From NCBI RefSeq assembly GCF_044324785.1, contig NZ_CP172127.1: a stretch of DNA of 64,000 bases; one strand, given 5' to 3'. The notes beneath the pieces are model-generated. The model made no database searches. It saw only the letters and a program-made list of their open reading frames with translations, and was not told the origin of the DNA. Positions 39,014-51,995 of the stretch are shown piece after piece. The translations under genes and the position numbers were made by a program. This DNA is from Escherichia coli. Its GTDB lineage: Bacteria; Pseudomonadota; Gammaproteobacteria; Enterobacterales; Enterobacteriaceae. The stretch's first letter is position 1, and the number at the start of each line of letters is the position of its first letter.

Positions 39014-39967
39014 ATGAAGCATGAATTATCAAGTATGAAGGCATTTGTCATACTGGCAGAGTCCAGTTCATTTAACAATGCCGCTAAATTACTCAATATT
39101 ACGCAACCTGCATTAACGCGAAGAATAAAAAAGATGGAGGAAGATTTACATATCCAACTATTTGAGCGTACAACTCGCAAGGTTACGTTAACAAAAGCAG
39201 GAAAAAGGTTGCTCCCGGAGGCGCGGGAATTAATAAAAAAATTCGATGAAACACTTTTTAATATTCGTGATATGAATGCTTATCATCGTGGTATGGTGAC
39301 GTTAGCGTGTATTCCGACCGCGGTATTTTATTTTTTACCATTGGCAATCGGTAAATTTAATGAGCTGTATCCCAATATTAAAGTGCGGATTCTGGAACAA
39401 GGCACGAATAATTGCATGGAATCGGTGCTGTGTAACGAATCAGACTTTGGCATAAACATGAACAACGTCACAAATTCATCCATTGATTTTACCCCACTGG
39501 TCAACGAGCCGTTCGTGCTGGCCTGTCGGCGTGACCATCCATTGGCCAAAAAGCAGCTTGTAGAATGGCAGGAGTTAGTGGGTTACAAAATGATTGGCGT
39601 ACGCTCCTCCAGCGGCAACCGACTGTTGATAGAACAACAGCTAGCCGACAAGCCCTGGAAGCTGGACTGGTTTTACGAAGTGCGTCATCTTTCGACGTCA
39701 TTAGGACTGGTGGAGGCGGGACTGGGGATTTCGGCGCTTCCTGGTCTGGCAATGCCCCATGCACCCTATTCTTCGATTATTGGTATCCCGCTGGTGGAAC
39801 CGGTTATACGTCGGACATTGGGGATTATTCGCCGCAAAGATGCCGTGCTTTCTCCGGCAGCTGAACGCTTTTTTGCCTTGCTGATTAATTTGTGGACTGA
39901 CGATAAAGACAATTTGTGGACCAATATCGTCGAACGCCAGAGACATGCGTTACAGGAGATAGGTTAA
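39014..39967 (+). CDS. ybhD: LysR-family transcriptional regulator YbhD
   Basis: ORF 38951..39967 trimmed to MKHELSSMKAF (about 317 aa); N-terminal helix-turn-helix. Confidence 0.85.
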   Translation: MKHELSSMKAFVILAESSSFNNAAKLLNITQPALTRRIKKMEEDLHIQLFERTTRKVTLTKAGKRLLPEARELIKKFDETLFNIRDMNAYHRGMVTLACIPTAVFYFLPLAIGKFNELYPNIKVRILEQGTNNCMESVLCNESDFGINMNNVTNSSIDFTPLVNEPFVLACRRDHPLAKKQLVEWQELVGYKMIGVRSSSGNRLLIEQQLADKPWKLDWFYEVRHLSTSLGLVEAGLGISALPGLAMPHAPYSSIIGIPLVEPVIRRTLGIIRRKDAVLSPAAERFFALLINLWTDDKDNLWTNIVERQRHALQEIG

Positions 39968-40007
39968 TACACCGGCGCAGGAGAGACTGCGCCGGGTAAA
40001 TCAGCGG

Positions 40008-41039
<1,032 letters not shown>

Positions 41040-41157
41040 CTAAAATTAGTCGCTTTTGGCGGTGAATGCTGAATTAAAACGCAGAATTTTGTCCGATAGT
41101 GGTATCGGTGTACCATTCGCGCAGACGAAAATTCTTAACCTTAATCTGGAATACGCC

Positions 41158-41976
41158 ATGACCACACGCGTGATTGCTCTCGACTTAGACGGCACCTTAT
41201 TGACCCCGAAAAAGACCTTGCTTCCATCATCGATAGAAGCCCTGGCCCGCGCTCGCGAAGCAGGCTATCAATTAATCATCGTCACAGGTCGCCATCACGT
41301 CGCTATTCATCCTTTTTATCAGGCGCTGGCGCTGGATACACCTGCTATTTGCTGTAATGGCACCTATTTGTATGATTATCATGCAAAAACCGTGCTGGAA
41401 GCGGACCCAATGCCCGTTAATAAAGCCCTGCAACTCATTGAGATGCTGAATGAACACCACATTCACGGTCTGATGTATGTCGATGATGCAATGGTCTATG
41501 AGCACCCGACCGGGCATGTCATTCGCACGTCTAACTGGGCGCAAACCCTGCCGCCGGAACAGCGTCCGACTTTCACACAAGTCGCTTCTCTGGCTGAAAC
41601 GGCGCAACAAGTTAACGCCGTATGGAAGTTCGCCCTGACGCACGATGACCTGCCGCAATTGCAGCATTTTGGTAAGCATGTCGAACATGAACTGGGACTG
41701 GAGTGTGAATGGTCCTGGCACGATCAGGTTGATATTGCACGCGGCGGCAACAGCAAAGGTAAACGTTTGACGAAATGGGTTGAGGCGCAAGGCTGGTCGA
41801 TGGAAAACGTCGTGGCGTTCGGCGATAACTTTAATGATATCAGTATGCTGGAAGCCGCTGGTACAGGCGTGGCGATGGGCAACGCCGATGACGCAGTAAA
41901 AGCGCGCGCCAACATTGTGATTGGTGATAACACCACCGACAGCATTGCCCGGTTCATTTATAGCCACCTGATTTAA
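41158..41976 (+). CDS. ybhA: Pyridoxal phosphate phosphatase YbhA (HAD superfamily, Cof-type)
   Basis: ORF 41056..41976 trimmed to MTTRVIALDLDGTLL (272 aa); HAD motif I DLDGT. Confidence 0.85.
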   Translation: MTTRVIALDLDGTLLTPKKTLLPSSIEALARAREAGYQLIIVTGRHHVAIHPFYQALALDTPAICCNGTYLYDYHAKTVLEADPMPVNKALQLIEMLNEHHIHGLMYVDDAMVYEHPTGHVIRTSNWAQTLPPEQRPTFTQVASLAETAQQVNAVWKFALTHDDLPQLQHFGKHVEHELGLECEWSWHDQVDIARGGNSKGKRLTKWVEAQGWSMENVVAFGDNFNDISMLEAAGTGVAMGNADDAVKARANIVIGDNTTDSIARFIYSHLI

Positions 41977-43035
41977 TCAGGCGGTTATCGACACACTTTT
42001 AATTTGCGCATACAGCCACAGGCCAGGTTTGATCGCCAGTTCATCCCTGGCCCACGGGCTGATACGCGCCCACAGCGTTTTACCGCCGACTTCCAACTCC
42101 ACTTCCACCTGGCCGTTGTCGTCATAACTATTAACAACTTTTGCCCGCAATACGTTACGAATGCTGGTTTGCTGCGGCGGTTGTAAAACCAGCGAGACAT
42201 CGGAAGCCTGAATGCGGATACGTAGCGCAGCTTGCAGCGGTTCGTCCAGCTTATTGACCCACAAATGCTGATCGCCCAGCGCCAGCGCAGTCATCGCGTA
42301 ATGCGGATGATGCTCAAGTACCGTCACTTTCAGAATGCTACTTTGTTGCTCTTTCGGCAGCCACGGATTCATCACGCTACTGCCCCAGACTTCTTCCAGC
42401 GCGCCAAAGGCTTTCACCTGACCGTTTTCCAGTACCATCACTCTGTCTGCCAGATGGAGGATCTCATCCAGCGAATGGCTGACATACAACATCGGAATGT
42501 TGATTTCCCGTGTCAGCCGTTGCAGATAAGGCAACAGTTCGCGTTTACGCGGAATATCCAGTGACGCCAGCGGTTCATCCAGCAACAGCAATTCCGGTGC
42601 TGTCAGCAAAGCCCGACCAATCGCCACGCGCTGTTTTTCGCCTCCGGAAAGACTGCCCGGTAAACGCTCAAGCAACGGTTCAATGCCTAAAAGCGTCACC
42701 AGCTTATCGAACTGATCGACCATGCTTTTCGCCATGCCGTAGCGCAAATTGCCACGCACTTTATAATGCGGAAACAGCCGCGCATCCTGAAACACATAGC
42801 CTACGCGACGCTTTTCCGGCGTCAGGCAGATACCTTTATCGGCGTCATTTAGTACCCGACCATTGAGGACAATCCGCCCCTTTTGCGGACGTGTCAGCCC
42901 ACTGATGGCGTTAATCAGCGAGGTTTTTCCGGCACCAGAGACACCAAAAATAGCGGTGATGCCATTGGCGGGCAGCGTTTCATTAATAGTCAGGCAATGG
43001 TTGCCCAACGTCTGGGAAAAATTCAGTTCCAGCAT
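41977..43035 (-). CDS. modC: Molybdate ABC transporter ATP-binding protein ModC
   Basis: 352-aa ORF with Walker A (GVSGAGKT) and LSGGEKQR signature. Confidence 0.95.
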   Translation of the reverse strand: MLELNFSQTLGNHCLTINETLPANGITAIFGVSGAGKTSLINAISGLTRPQKGRIVLNGRVLNDADKGICLTPEKRRVGYVFQDARLFPHYKVRGNLRYGMAKSMVDQFDKLVTLLGIEPLLERLPGSLSGGEKQRVAIGRALLTAPELLLLDEPLASLDIPRKRELLPYLQRLTREINIPMLYVSHSLDEILHLADRVMVLENGQVKAFGALEEVWGSSVMNPWLPKEQQSSILKVTVLEHHPHYAMTALALGDQHLWVNKLDEPLQAALRIRIQASDVSLVLQPPQQTSIRNVLRAKVVNSYDDNGQVEVELEVGGKTLWARISPWARDELAIKPGLWLYAQIKSVSITA

Positions 43036-43037
43036 GA

Positions 43038-43727
43038 TTAGCGCCCCGCCCGTTCACGGCTGATTCTGGCCAGCCATTCTGAAATCAACAGGGAGATCAT
43101 CGCCAGCGCAATAGAAATAATACACAGTCTCGCCGCGCCACTTTCCCCGCCGGGAGTCTGGATCAGGGTATACATGGCAGAAGGAATGGTTCGCGTTTCA
43201 CCAGGAATGTTAGAAACAAAGGTTATGGTTGCACCAAACTCACCGAGCGAACGTGCGAATGCCAGTACCGTACCAACAATAATTCCCGGTAAGGTCAGCG
43301 GTAACGTGATAGTAAAGAAAACGCGCCAGCGCCCCGCCCCCAGTGTTCTTGCGGCCTGCTCCAGTTTGATATCAACCCCTTCCAGCGCCAGACGAATCGC
43401 CCGCACCATCAGCGGAAAAGACATGACAGCGGCAGCGAGAACCGCACCGCGCCAGCTAAACGCGAAAGAAAGACCAAACCAGTCATACAGACGTTCACCG
43501 ATAAATCCGCGCCGTCCCATCGAAACTAATAATAAGTAACCGACGACCACGGGCGGTAACACCAGCGGTAGATGCAGTACGCTATCGAGCAGAGCTTTGC
43601 CCGGAAACGTGCAACGTACCAGTAACCAGGCAAAAAAGATCCCAAACGGCAGGCTAAACAGCACAGCCAGGGAAGAAACTTTCAGGCTTAATAAAACTGC
43701 CTGCCATTCTGGATCGGTCAGTATCAT
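43038..43727 (-). CDS. modB: Molybdate ABC transporter permease ModB
   Basis: 229-aa membrane ORF; synteny. Confidence 0.95.
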   Translation of the reverse strand: MILTDPEWQAVLLSLKVSSLAVLFSLPFGIFFAWLLVRCTFPGKALLDSVLHLPLVLPPVVVGYLLLVSMGRRGFIGERLYDWFGLSFAFSWRGAVLAAAVMSFPLMVRAIRLALEGVDIKLEQAARTLGAGRWRVFFTITLPLTLPGIIVGTVLAFARSLGEFGATITFVSNIPGETRTIPSAMYTLIQTPGGESGAARLCIISIALAMISLLISEWLARISRERAGR

Positions 43728-44500
43728 TACTTGGTTGTAAATCCGTAACGTTTAAAGATTTCCGCAGCCTGCGGCCCTTTCAAATAATCATAAAATGCTT
43801 TCACTGTCGCATTGTTATGCCCTTCCACAACAGCAACCGGGTATTCCACTTTTTTATGCGAATCTTCCGGGAAGGTGGCGACCACTTTTACCCCTTTGCT
43901 GGCAACTGCGTCAGAACCGTAAACTATGCCCAGCGGCGCTTCATTGCGTTCGACCAACGCCAGCGCGCCACGAACATCTTCCGCCGGAGCCAGTTTCGGG
44001 GAGAGCGTATCCCATGCGCCCAGTTTTTGCAGTGCTTCTTTCGCATAAATGCCAGCAGGGACATGTTCCGGATCACCAACCGCGAGGCGACCGCCATTCA
44101 GCAGCGAAGTCCAGTTGGTTTTGCTGTCGATGGTGAAATCTTTCTGCTCGCTGGCTTTCGGTGCTACAACGACCAGGCTATTGCCGAGCAGTGTCTGGCG
44201 CGAAGCCGTATCGATCGCTTTTTTATCAACCGCATAATCCATCCATTTCTGATCGGCAGAAATAAACAGATCCGCAGGCGCACCCGCTTCAATCTGACGG
44301 GCCAAAGTAGATGACGAAGCGAAAGAAGAAACCACATCCACGCCTTTCTCTTTTTTATACTGCGTAGCAATGTCCTGCATTGCGTTAGTCAGTGATGCGG
44401 CGGCGAACACCGTGATTTTCCCTTCATCTGCCAGTGCATTGCCAGCAACAGCGAAAGTGAGTGCCGCCCCGGTAAACAAGTTCAACCATTTACGAGCCAT
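43727..44500 (-). CDS. modA: Molybdate-binding periplasmic protein ModA
   Basis: 257-aa ORF with signal peptide; synteny. Confidence 0.95.
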   Translation of the reverse strand: MARKWLNLFTGAALTFAVAGNALADEGKITVFAAASLTNAMQDIATQYKKEKGVDVVSSFASSSTLARQIEAGAPADLFISADQKWMDYAVDKKAIDTASRQTLLGNSLVVVAPKASEQKDFTIDSKTNWTSLLNGGRLAVGDPEHVPAGIYAKEALQKLGAWDTLSPKLAPAEDVRGALALVERNEAPLGIVYGSDAVASKGVKVVATFPEDSHKKVEYPVAVVEGHNNATVKAFYDYLKGPQAAEIFKRYGFTTK

Positions 44501-44519
44501 TGGTAACCCCTTAATCTAA

Positions 44520-44543
44520 CGTTATGTAGGCGTCAATATAACG
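44520..44543 (-). promoter_or_regulatory. ModE operator at the modA promoter
   Basis: Minus strand reads cgttatattgacgcctacataacg, an inverted repeat (CGTTATAT ... ACATAACG), 20 bp upstream of modA. Confidence 0.6.
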
Positions 44544-44625
44544 GCAAGTTCGGAATTTTCCCAGCAGTTATTGCTAACCTTTGTGAGGTAGATAAGAAAA
44601 AATATCGGCAGGAAAAGCAGGAAGT

Positions 44626-44656
44626 TGAGAAAAAGAAAATGCCCGACTAAGCGGGC
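44626..44656 (-). terminator. Rho-independent terminator after acrZ
   Basis: Minus strand hairpin gcccgcttagtcgggc followed by attttcttttt. Confidence 0.45.
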
Positions 44657-44666
44657 ATTCAGGGAA

Positions 44667-44834
<168 letters not shown>

Positions 44835-44944
44835 TCATGAGACTATTCTAACCGCTAAGCACAGAAAAGCACTCCCCTTTTGTGCGGTCAGCTTTGCGTG
44901 GCGTTCGTTTTCCGTCACAATAAGACTTTTGCCAGGATATTGTT

Positions 44945-45733
44945 ATGCAGGCCGAAATCCTTCTCACCCTTAAGCTCCAACAAAAATTATTCGCCGACCC
45001 GCGCCGCATTTCGCTACTAAAACACATTGCGCTTTCCGGTTCCATTAGCCAGGGAGCGAAAGATGCCGGTATCAGCTATAAAAGCGCCTGGGATGCCATT
45101 AACGAAATGAATCAGTTAAGTGAGCATATTCTGGTCGAGCGCGCAACAGGCGGTAAAGGTGGCGGCGGCGCAGTACTGACCCGCTATGGTCAGCGACTGA
45201 TTCAGCTCTATGACTTACTGGCGCAAATCCAGCAAAAAGCCTTTGATGTGTTAAGTGACGATGACGCCCTGCCGCTGAACAGCCTGCTGGCCGCGATCTC
45301 ACGTTTTTCACTGCAAACCAGCGCCCGTAACCAATGGTTTGGCACCATCACCGCCCGCGATCATGATGACGTTCAACAGCATGTTGATGTCTTACTGGCT
45401 GACGGAAAAACACGCCTGAAAGTCGCAATTACCGCACAAAGCGGCGCGCGTCTGGGGCTGGATGAAGGCAAAGAAGTGTTGATATTGCTAAAAGCGCCGT
45501 GGGTAGGCATTACTCAGGACGAAGCTGTCGCACAAAACGCCGACAACCAATTACCGGGTATTATTAGTCATATTGAGCGCGGCGCAGAGCAGTGCGAAGT
45601 ATTAATGGCGCTACCCGACGGGCAAACACTGTGCGCCACAGTGCCGGTAAATGAAGCGACTTCTCTTCAGCAAGGACAGAATGTCACGGCCTACTTTAAT
45701 GCCGACAGCGTGATTATCGCCACGCTGTGCTAA
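44945..45733 (+). CDS. modE: Molybdate-responsive transcriptional regulator ModE
   Basis: 262-aa ORF; synteny. Confidence 0.95.
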   Translation: MQAEILLTLKLQQKLFADPRRISLLKHIALSGSISQGAKDAGISYKSAWDAINEMNQLSEHILVERATGGKGGGGAVLTRYGQRLIQLYDLLAQIQQKAFDVLSDDDALPLNSLLAAISRFSLQTSARNQWFGTITARDHDDVQQHVDVLLADGKTRLKVAITAQSGARLGLDEGKEVLILLKAPWVGITQDEAVAQNADNQLPGIISHIERGAEQCEVLMALPDGQTLCATVPVNEATSLQQGQNVTAYFNADSVIIATLC

Positions 45734-45800
45734 GCGTGTTGACAATTTGTTATGAAACACGTATCCCTGTCAGTAATCGCTGCACAAAATGGGATATAAA

Positions 45801-47273
45801 ATGTCATCGTTGCAAATTTTGCAAGGCACGTTTCGTCTTGGCGACACAAAAACGCTGCAATTGCCTCAGCTAACGTTAAACGCGGGTGATAGTTGGGCGT
45901 TTGTCGGTTCGAATGGAAGCGGGAAATCGGCCCTGGCCCGCGCGCTGGCGGGGGAACTTCCGCTTTTGAAAGGTGAACGGCAAAGCCAGTTTTCCCACAT
46001 CACTCGTCTCTCCTTCGAGCAATTGCAAAAGCTCGTCAGCGACGAATGGCAGCGGAATAACACCGATATGCTCGGCCCTGGCGAAGATGACACCGGACGC
46101 ACTACGGCTGAGATCATTCAGGATGAAGTAAAGGATGCACCGCGTTGCATGCAACTGGCGCAGCAGTTCGGTATTACCGCCCTCCTCGACCGACGCTTTA
46201 AATACCTTTCCACTGGCGAGACGCGAAAAACCCTGCTGTGTCAGGCGCTGATGTCGGAGCCTGACTTGTTGATTCTTGATGAGCCGTTCGATGGCCTGGA
46301 TGTTGCCTCACGTCAGCAGCTGGCTGAGCGACTCGCCTCGTTACATCTGTCCGGTATTACTCTGGTACTGGTGCTCAATCGCTTCGATGAGATCCCGGAA
46401 TTTGTCCAGTTTGCTGGCGTGCTGGCGGATTGCACGTTAGCGGAAACTGGCGCTAAAGAGGAACTGCTCCAACAAGCACTCGTCGCTCAACTGGCGCATA
46501 GTGAACAGCTTGAAGGTGTGCAACTGCCGGAGCCGGATGAACCTTCAGCACGTCACGCCTTACCCGCCAACGAACCGCGCATTGTGCTGAACAATGGCGT
46601 GGTTTCTTATAACGATCGCCCCATTCTTAATAACCTTAGCTGGCAGGTGAATCCAGGTGAACACTGGCAAATTGTCGGGCCAAATGGCGCGGGAAAATCG
46701 ACGTTATTAAGCCTGATTACTGGCGATCATCCGCAAGGTTACAGCAACGATTTGACGCTTTTCGGACGACGTCGTGGCAGCGGCGAAACCATCTGGGATA
46801 TCAAAAAGCATATCGGTTACGTCAGCAGTAGTTTGCATCTGGAATACCGGGTCAGTACTACTGTGCGTAATGTGATTCTTTCTGGCTATTTTGATTCGAT
46901 TGGCATTTATCAGGCCGTTTCGGATCGCCAGCAAAAACTGGTGCAGCAGTGGCTGGATATTCTCGGCATTGATAAACGCACGGCTGACGCTCCTTTCCAT
47001 AGTCTTTCCTGGGGACAGCAGCGTCTGGCGCTGATCGTCCGCGCACTGGTGAAACATCCGACGTTGCTTATTCTCGATGAACCACTACAGGGGCTTGATC
47101 CGCTCAATCGCCAGCTTATCCGCCGTTTTGCTGATGTGCTGATTAGCGAAGGTGAAACGCAATTGTTGTTTGTTTCGCACCACGCTGAAGATGCGCCTGC
47201 CTGTATTACCCATCGTCTTGAGTTCGTGCCGGACGGTGACTTTTATCGCTATGCGCTGACAAAAATAAACTGA
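45801..47273 (+). CDS. modF: ModF, ABC-type ATPase (two ABC domains)
   Basis: ORF 45789..47273 trimmed to MSSLQILQ (490 aa); Walker A motifs GSNGSGKS and GPNGAGKS. Confidence 0.9.
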   Translation: MSSLQILQGTFRLGDTKTLQLPQLTLNAGDSWAFVGSNGSGKSALARALAGELPLLKGERQSQFSHITRLSFEQLQKLVSDEWQRNNTDMLGPGEDDTGRTTAEIIQDEVKDAPRCMQLAQQFGITALLDRRFKYLSTGETRKTLLCQALMSEPDLLILDEPFDGLDVASRQQLAERLASLHLSGITLVLVLNRFDEIPEFVQFAGVLADCTLAETGAKEELLQQALVAQLAHSEQLEGVQLPEPDEPSARHALPANEPRIVLNNGVVSYNDRPILNNLSWQVNPGEHWQIVGPNGAGKSTLLSLITGDHPQGYSNDLTLFGRRRGSGETIWDIKKHIGYVSSSLHLEYRVSTTVRNVILSGYFDSIGIYQAVSDRQQKLVQQWLDILGIDKRTADAPFHSLSWGQQRLALIVRALVKHPTLLILDEPLQGLDPLNRQLIRRFADVLISEGETQLLFVSHHAEDAPACITHRLEFVPDGDFYRYALTKIN

Positions 47274-47440
47274 GTCGGTAATGCTGACTGTACCGGAGGC
47301 GGCCTAAGCGCCCTCTCCGGCCTACAGTTCGACGCATCCAGGCATGAAACCGCGTCTTTTTTTCAGATAAAAAGCGCAATCATTCATAAACCTGCTGTTT
47401 TATAATCACTTAATCGCACATAAAAAAAGGCTAAACTCTT

Positions 47441-47456
47441 GTGTAAACGATTCCAC
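47441..47456. promoter_or_regulatory. gal external operator OE (GalR/GalS site)
   Basis: gtgtaaacgattccac, upstream of the galP1/P2 -10 region (tatgctatggtt). Confidence 0.7.
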
Positions 47457-47534
47457 TAATTTATTCCATGTCACACTTTTCGCATCTTTGTTATGCTATG
47501 GTTATTTCATACCATAAGCCTAATGGAGCGAATT

Positions 47535-48551
47535 ATGAGAGTTCTGGTTACCGGTGGTAGCGGTTACATTGGAAGTCATACCTGTGTGCAATTACTGCAA
47601 AACGGTCATGATGTCATCATTCTTGATAACCTCTGTAACAGTAAGCGCAGCGTACTGCCTGTTATCGAGCGTTTAGGCGGCAAACATCCAACGTTTGTTG
47701 AAGGCGATATCCGTAACGAAGCGTTGATGACCGAGATCCTGCACGATCACGCTATCGATACCGTGATCCACTTCGCCGGGCTGAAAGCCGTTGGCGAATC
47801 GGTACAAAAACCGCTGGAATATTACGACAACAATGTCAACGGCACCCTGCGCCTGATTAGCGCCATGCGCGCCGCGAACGTCAAAAACTTTATTTTTAGC
47901 TCCTCCGCCACCGTCTATGGCGATCAGCCCAAAATTCCATACGTTGAAAGCTTCCCGACCGGCACACCGCAAAGCCCTTACGGCAAAAGCAAGCTAATGG
48001 TGGAACAGATCCTCACCGATCTGCAAAAAGCCCAGCCGGACTGGAGCATTGCCCTGCTGCGCTACTTCAACCCGGTTGGCGCGCATCCGTCGGGCGATAT
48101 GGGCGAAGATCCGCAAGGCATTCCGAATAACCTGATGCCATACATCGCCCAGGTTGCTGTAGGCCGTCGCGACTCGCTGGCGATTTTTGGTAACGATTAT
48201 CCGACCGAAGACGGTACTGGCGTGCGCGATTACATCCACGTAATGGATCTGGCGGACGGTCACGTCGTGGCGATGGAAAAACTGGCGAACAAGCCAGGCG
48301 TACACATCTACAACCTCGGCGCTGGTGTGGGCAGCAGCGTGCTGGATGTGGTTAATGCCTTCAGCAAAGCCTGCGGCAAACCGGTTAACTATCATTTTGC
48401 ACCGCGTCGCGAGGGCGACCTTCCGGCCTACTGGGCGGACGCCAGCAAAGCCGACCGTGAACTGAACTGGCGCGTAACGCGCACACTCGATGAAATGGCG
48501 CAGGACACCTGGCACTGGCAGTCACGCCATCCACAGGGATATCCCGATTAA
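47535..48551 (+). CDS. galE: UDP-glucose 4-epimerase
   Basis: ORF 47493..48551 trimmed to MRVLVTGGSGYIG (338 aa). Confidence 0.97.
   Translation: MRVLVTGGSGYIGSHTCVQLLQNGHDVIILDNLCNSKRSVLPVIERLGGKHPTFVEGDIRNEALMTEILHDHAIDTVIHFAGLKAVGESVQKPLEYYDNNVNGTLRLISAMRAANVKNFIFSSSATVYGDQPKIPYVESFPTGTPQSPYGKSKLMVEQILTDLQKAQPDWSIALLRYFNPVGAHPSGDMGEDPQGIPNNLMPYIAQVAVGRRDSLAIFGNDYPTEDGTGVRDYIHVMDLADGHVVAMEKLANKPGVHIYNLGAGVGSSVLDVVNAFSKACGKPVNYHFAPRREGDLPAYWADASKADRELNWRVTRTLDEMAQDTWHWQSRHPQGYPD
47554..47569. promoter_or_regulatory. gal internal operator OI, within galE
   Basis: gtggtagcggttacat, 19 bp into the galE coding sequence. Confidence 0.65.
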
Positions 48552-48560
48552 GGAACGACC

Positions 48561-49607
48561 ATGACGCAATTTAATCCCGTTGATCATCCACATCGCCGCT
48601 ATAACCCGCTCACCGGGCAATGGATTCTGGTTTCACCGCACCGCGCTAAGCGCCCCTGGCAGGGGGCGCAGGAAACGCCAGCCAAACAGGTGTTACCTGC
48701 GCACGATCCAGATTGCTTCCTCTGCGCAGGTAATGTGCGGGTGACAGGCGATAAAAACCCCGATTACACCGGGACTTACGTTTTCACTAATGACTTTGCG
48801 GCCTTGATGTCTGACACGCCAGATGCGCCAGAAAGCAAAGATCCGCTGATGCGTTGCCAGAGCGCGCGCGGTACCAGCCGGGTGATCTGCTTTTCACCGG
48901 ATCACAGTAAAACGTTGCCAGAACTGAGCGTTGCGGCATTGACGGAAATCGTCAAAACCTGGCAGGAGCAAACCGCAGAACTGGGGAAAACATACCCATG
49001 GGTGCAGGTCTTTGAAAACAAAGGTGCGGCGATGGGCTGCTCTAACCCGCATCCGCACGGACAGATTTGGGCAAATAGCTTCCTGCCTAACGAAGCTGAG
49101 CGCGAAGACCGCCTGCAAAAAGAATATTTTGCCGAACAGAAATCACCAATGCTGGTGGATTATGTTCAGCGCGAGCTGGCAGACGGTAGCCGTACCGTTG
49201 TCGAAACCGAACACTGGTTAGCCGTCGTGCCTTACTGGGCTGCCTGGCCGTTCGAAACGCTACTGCTGCCCAAAGCCCACGTTTTGCGGATCACCGATTT
49301 GACCGACGCCCAGCGCAGCGATTTGGCGCTGGCGTTGAAAAAGCTGACCAGTCGTTATGACAACCTCTTCCAGTGCTCCTTCCCCTACTCTATGGGCTGG
49401 CACGGCGCGCCATTTAATGGCGAAGAGAATCAACACTGGCAGCTGCACGCGCACTTTTATCCGCCTCTGTTGCGCTCCGCCACCGTACGTAAATTTATGG
49501 TTGGTTATGAAATGCTGGCAGAGACCCAGCGAGACCTGACCGCAGAACAGGCAGCAGAGCGTTTGCGCGCAGTCAGCGATATCCATTTTCGCGAATCCGG
49601 AGTGTAA
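48561..49607 (+). CDS. galT: Galactose-1-phosphate uridylyltransferase
   Basis: 348-aa ORF; synteny. Confidence 0.97.
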   Translation: MTQFNPVDHPHRRYNPLTGQWILVSPHRAKRPWQGAQETPAKQVLPAHDPDCFLCAGNVRVTGDKNPDYTGTYVFTNDFAALMSDTPDAPESKDPLMRCQSARGTSRVICFSPDHSKTLPELSVAALTEIVKTWQEQTAELGKTYPWVQVFENKGAAMGCSNPHPHGQIWANSFLPNEAEREDRLQKEYFAEQKSPMLVDYVQRELADGSRTVVETEHWLAVVPYWAAWPFETLLLPKAHVLRITDLTDAQRSDLALALKKLTSRYDNLFQCSFPYSMGWHGAPFNGEENQHWQLHAHFYPPLLRSATVRKFMVGYEMLAETQRDLTAEQAAERLRAVSDIHFRESGV

Positions 49608-49610
49608 GAA

Positions 49611-50759
49611 ATGAGTCTGAAAGAAAAAACACAATCTCTGTTTGCCAACGCATTTGGCTACCCTGCCACTCACACCATTCAGGCGCCTGGCCGCGTGAAT
49701 TTGATTGGTGAACACACCGACTACAATGACGGTTTCGTTCTGCCCTGCGCGATTGATTATCAAACCGTGATCAGTTGTGCGCCACGCGATGACCGTAAAG
49801 TTCGCGTAATGGCAGCCGATTATGAAAATCAGCTCGACGAGTTTTCCCTTGATGCGCCCATTGTCGCACATGAAAACTATCAATGGGCGAACTACGTTCG
49901 TGGCGTGGTGAAACATCTGCAACTGCGTAACAACAGCTTCGGCGGCGTGGACATGGTGATTAGCGGCAATGTGCCGCAGGGTGCCGGGTTAAGTTCTTCC
50001 GCCTCACTGGAAGTCGCGGTCGGAACCGTATTGCAGCAGCTTTATCATCTGCCGCTGGACGGCGCACAAATCGCGCTTAACGGCCAGGAAGCAGAAAACC
50101 AGTTTGTTGGCTGTAACTGCGGGATCATGGATCAGCTAATTTCCGCGCTCGGCAAGAAAGATCATGCCTTGCTGATTGACTGCCGCTCACTGGGTACCAA
50201 AGCAGTCTCCATGCCGAAAGGTGTGGCTGTCGTCATCATCAACAGTAACTTCAAACGTACCCTGGTTGGCAGCGAATACAACACCCGTCGTGAACAGTGC
50301 GAAACCGGTGCGCGTTTCTTCCAGCAGCCAGCCCTGCGCGATGTCACCATTGAAGAGTTCAACGCTGTTGCGCATGAACTGGACCCAATCGTGGCGAAAC
50401 GCGTGCGTCATATCCTGACTGAAAACGCCCGCACCGTTGAAGCTGCCAGCGCGCTGGAGCAAGGCGACCTGAAACGTATGGGCGAGTTGATGGCGGAGTC
50501 TCATGCCTCTATGCGCGATGATTTCGAAATCACCGTGCCGCAAATTGACACTCTGGTAGAAATCGTCAAAGCTGTGATTGGCGACAAAGGTGGCGTACGC
50601 ATGACCGGCGGCGGATTTGGCGGCTGTATCGTCGCGCTGATCCCGGAAGAGCTGGTGCCTGCCGTACAGCAAGCTGTCGCTGAACAATATGAAGCAAAAA
50701 CAGGTATTAAAGAGACTTTTTACGTTTGTAAACCATCACAAGGAGCAGGACAGTGCTGA
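49611..50759 (+). CDS. galK: Galactokinase
   Basis: 382-aa GHMP-kinase ORF. Confidence 0.97.
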
Positions 50760-51793
50760 ACGAAACTCCCGCACTGGCACCCGATGGTCAGCCGTACCGA
50801 CTGTTAACTTTGCGTAACAACGCAGGGATGGTAGTCACGCTGATGGACTGGGGTGCGACTTTACTTTCAGCCCGTATTCCGCTTTCCGATGGCAGCGTCC
50901 GCGAGGCGCTGCTCGGCTGTGCCAGCCCGGAATGCTATCAGGATCAGGCCGCGTTTCTGGGGGCCTCTATTGGTCGTTATGCCAACCGTATCGCCAATAG
51001 CCGTTATACCTTTGACGCTGAAACCGTGACGCTTTCGCCAAGTCAGGGCGTTAACCAGCTGCACGGCGGCCCGGAAGGGTTCGACAAACGTCGCTGGCAG
51101 ATTGTGAACCAGAACGATCGTCAGGTACTGTTTGCCCTGAGTTCAGATGATGGCGATCAGGGCTTCCCGGGTAATCTCGGTGCGACGGTGCAATATCGTC
51201 TGACCGACGATAACCGTATCTCCATTACTTATCGCGCCACAGTTGATAAACCTTGCCCGGTGAATATGACTAATCACGTCTATTTCAATCTTGACGGCGA
51301 GCAGTCTGACGTGCGCAATCACAAGTTGCAGATTCTGGCGGACGAATATCTGCCGGTTGATGAAGGCGGCATTCCGCACGACGGCCTAAAATCTGTCGCC
51401 GGAACGTCTTTTGATTTCCGCAGCGCCAAAATCATCGCCAGTGAGTTTCTTGCCGACGACGATCAGCGCAAAGTGAAAGGTTACGATCACGCGTTCTTGT
51501 TACAGGCCAAAGGCGATGGCAAGAAAGTGGCGGCGCATGTCTGGTCAGCAGATGAAAAATTGCAGCTGAAGGTCTACACCACCGCTCCGGCTCTGCAATT
51601 CTACTCCGGCAACTACCTCGGCGGCACACCGTCGCGGGGAACCGAACCTTACGCCGACTGGCAAGGGCTAGCTCTGGAAAGCGAGTTTCTGCCGGACAGC
51701 CCGAACCACCCTGAATGGCCGCAACCGGACTGCTTCCTGCGTCCTGGCGAAGAGTATTCCAGCCTGACGGAATATCAGTTTATTGCTGAGTAA
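50753..51793 (+). CDS. galM: Galactose mutarotase (aldose 1-epimerase)
   Basis: 346-aa ORF overlapping the galK stop. Confidence 0.95.
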
Positions 51794-51797
51794 TGTT

Positions 51798-51819
51798 AAG
51801 CCCTCGTCATGAGGGCTTT
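51798..51819 (+). terminator. Hairpin after galM
   Basis: aagccctcgtcatgagggcttt; the following U-run is weak. Confidence 0.35.
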
Positions 51820-51944
51820 ATCCTCATATTGTTCAAATCACCAGCAAACACCGACATATTTGCAACTCAATATTCACAACAACCTTACACTGCGACACTA
51901 TTTTCGCTATGGTTATGCGTAAGCATTGCTGTTGCTTCGTCACG

Positions 51945-51970
51945 GCAATATAATGAGAATTATTATCATT
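51945..51970. promoter_or_regulatory. Fur-box-like sequence in the gpmA promoter
   Basis: gcaatataatgagaattattatcatt, an AT-rich hexamer array of GATAAT type. Confidence 0.45.
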
Positions 51971-51995
51971 AAAAGATGATTTGAGGAGTAAGTAT

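Noticed and set aside
47290-47325. Hairpin ccggaggcggcctaagcgccctctccgg after modF, considered as a REP element
   Set aside because: Imperfect and unlike the REP copies at 20120 and 52830; more likely just the modF terminator stem, so not reported as a repeat.
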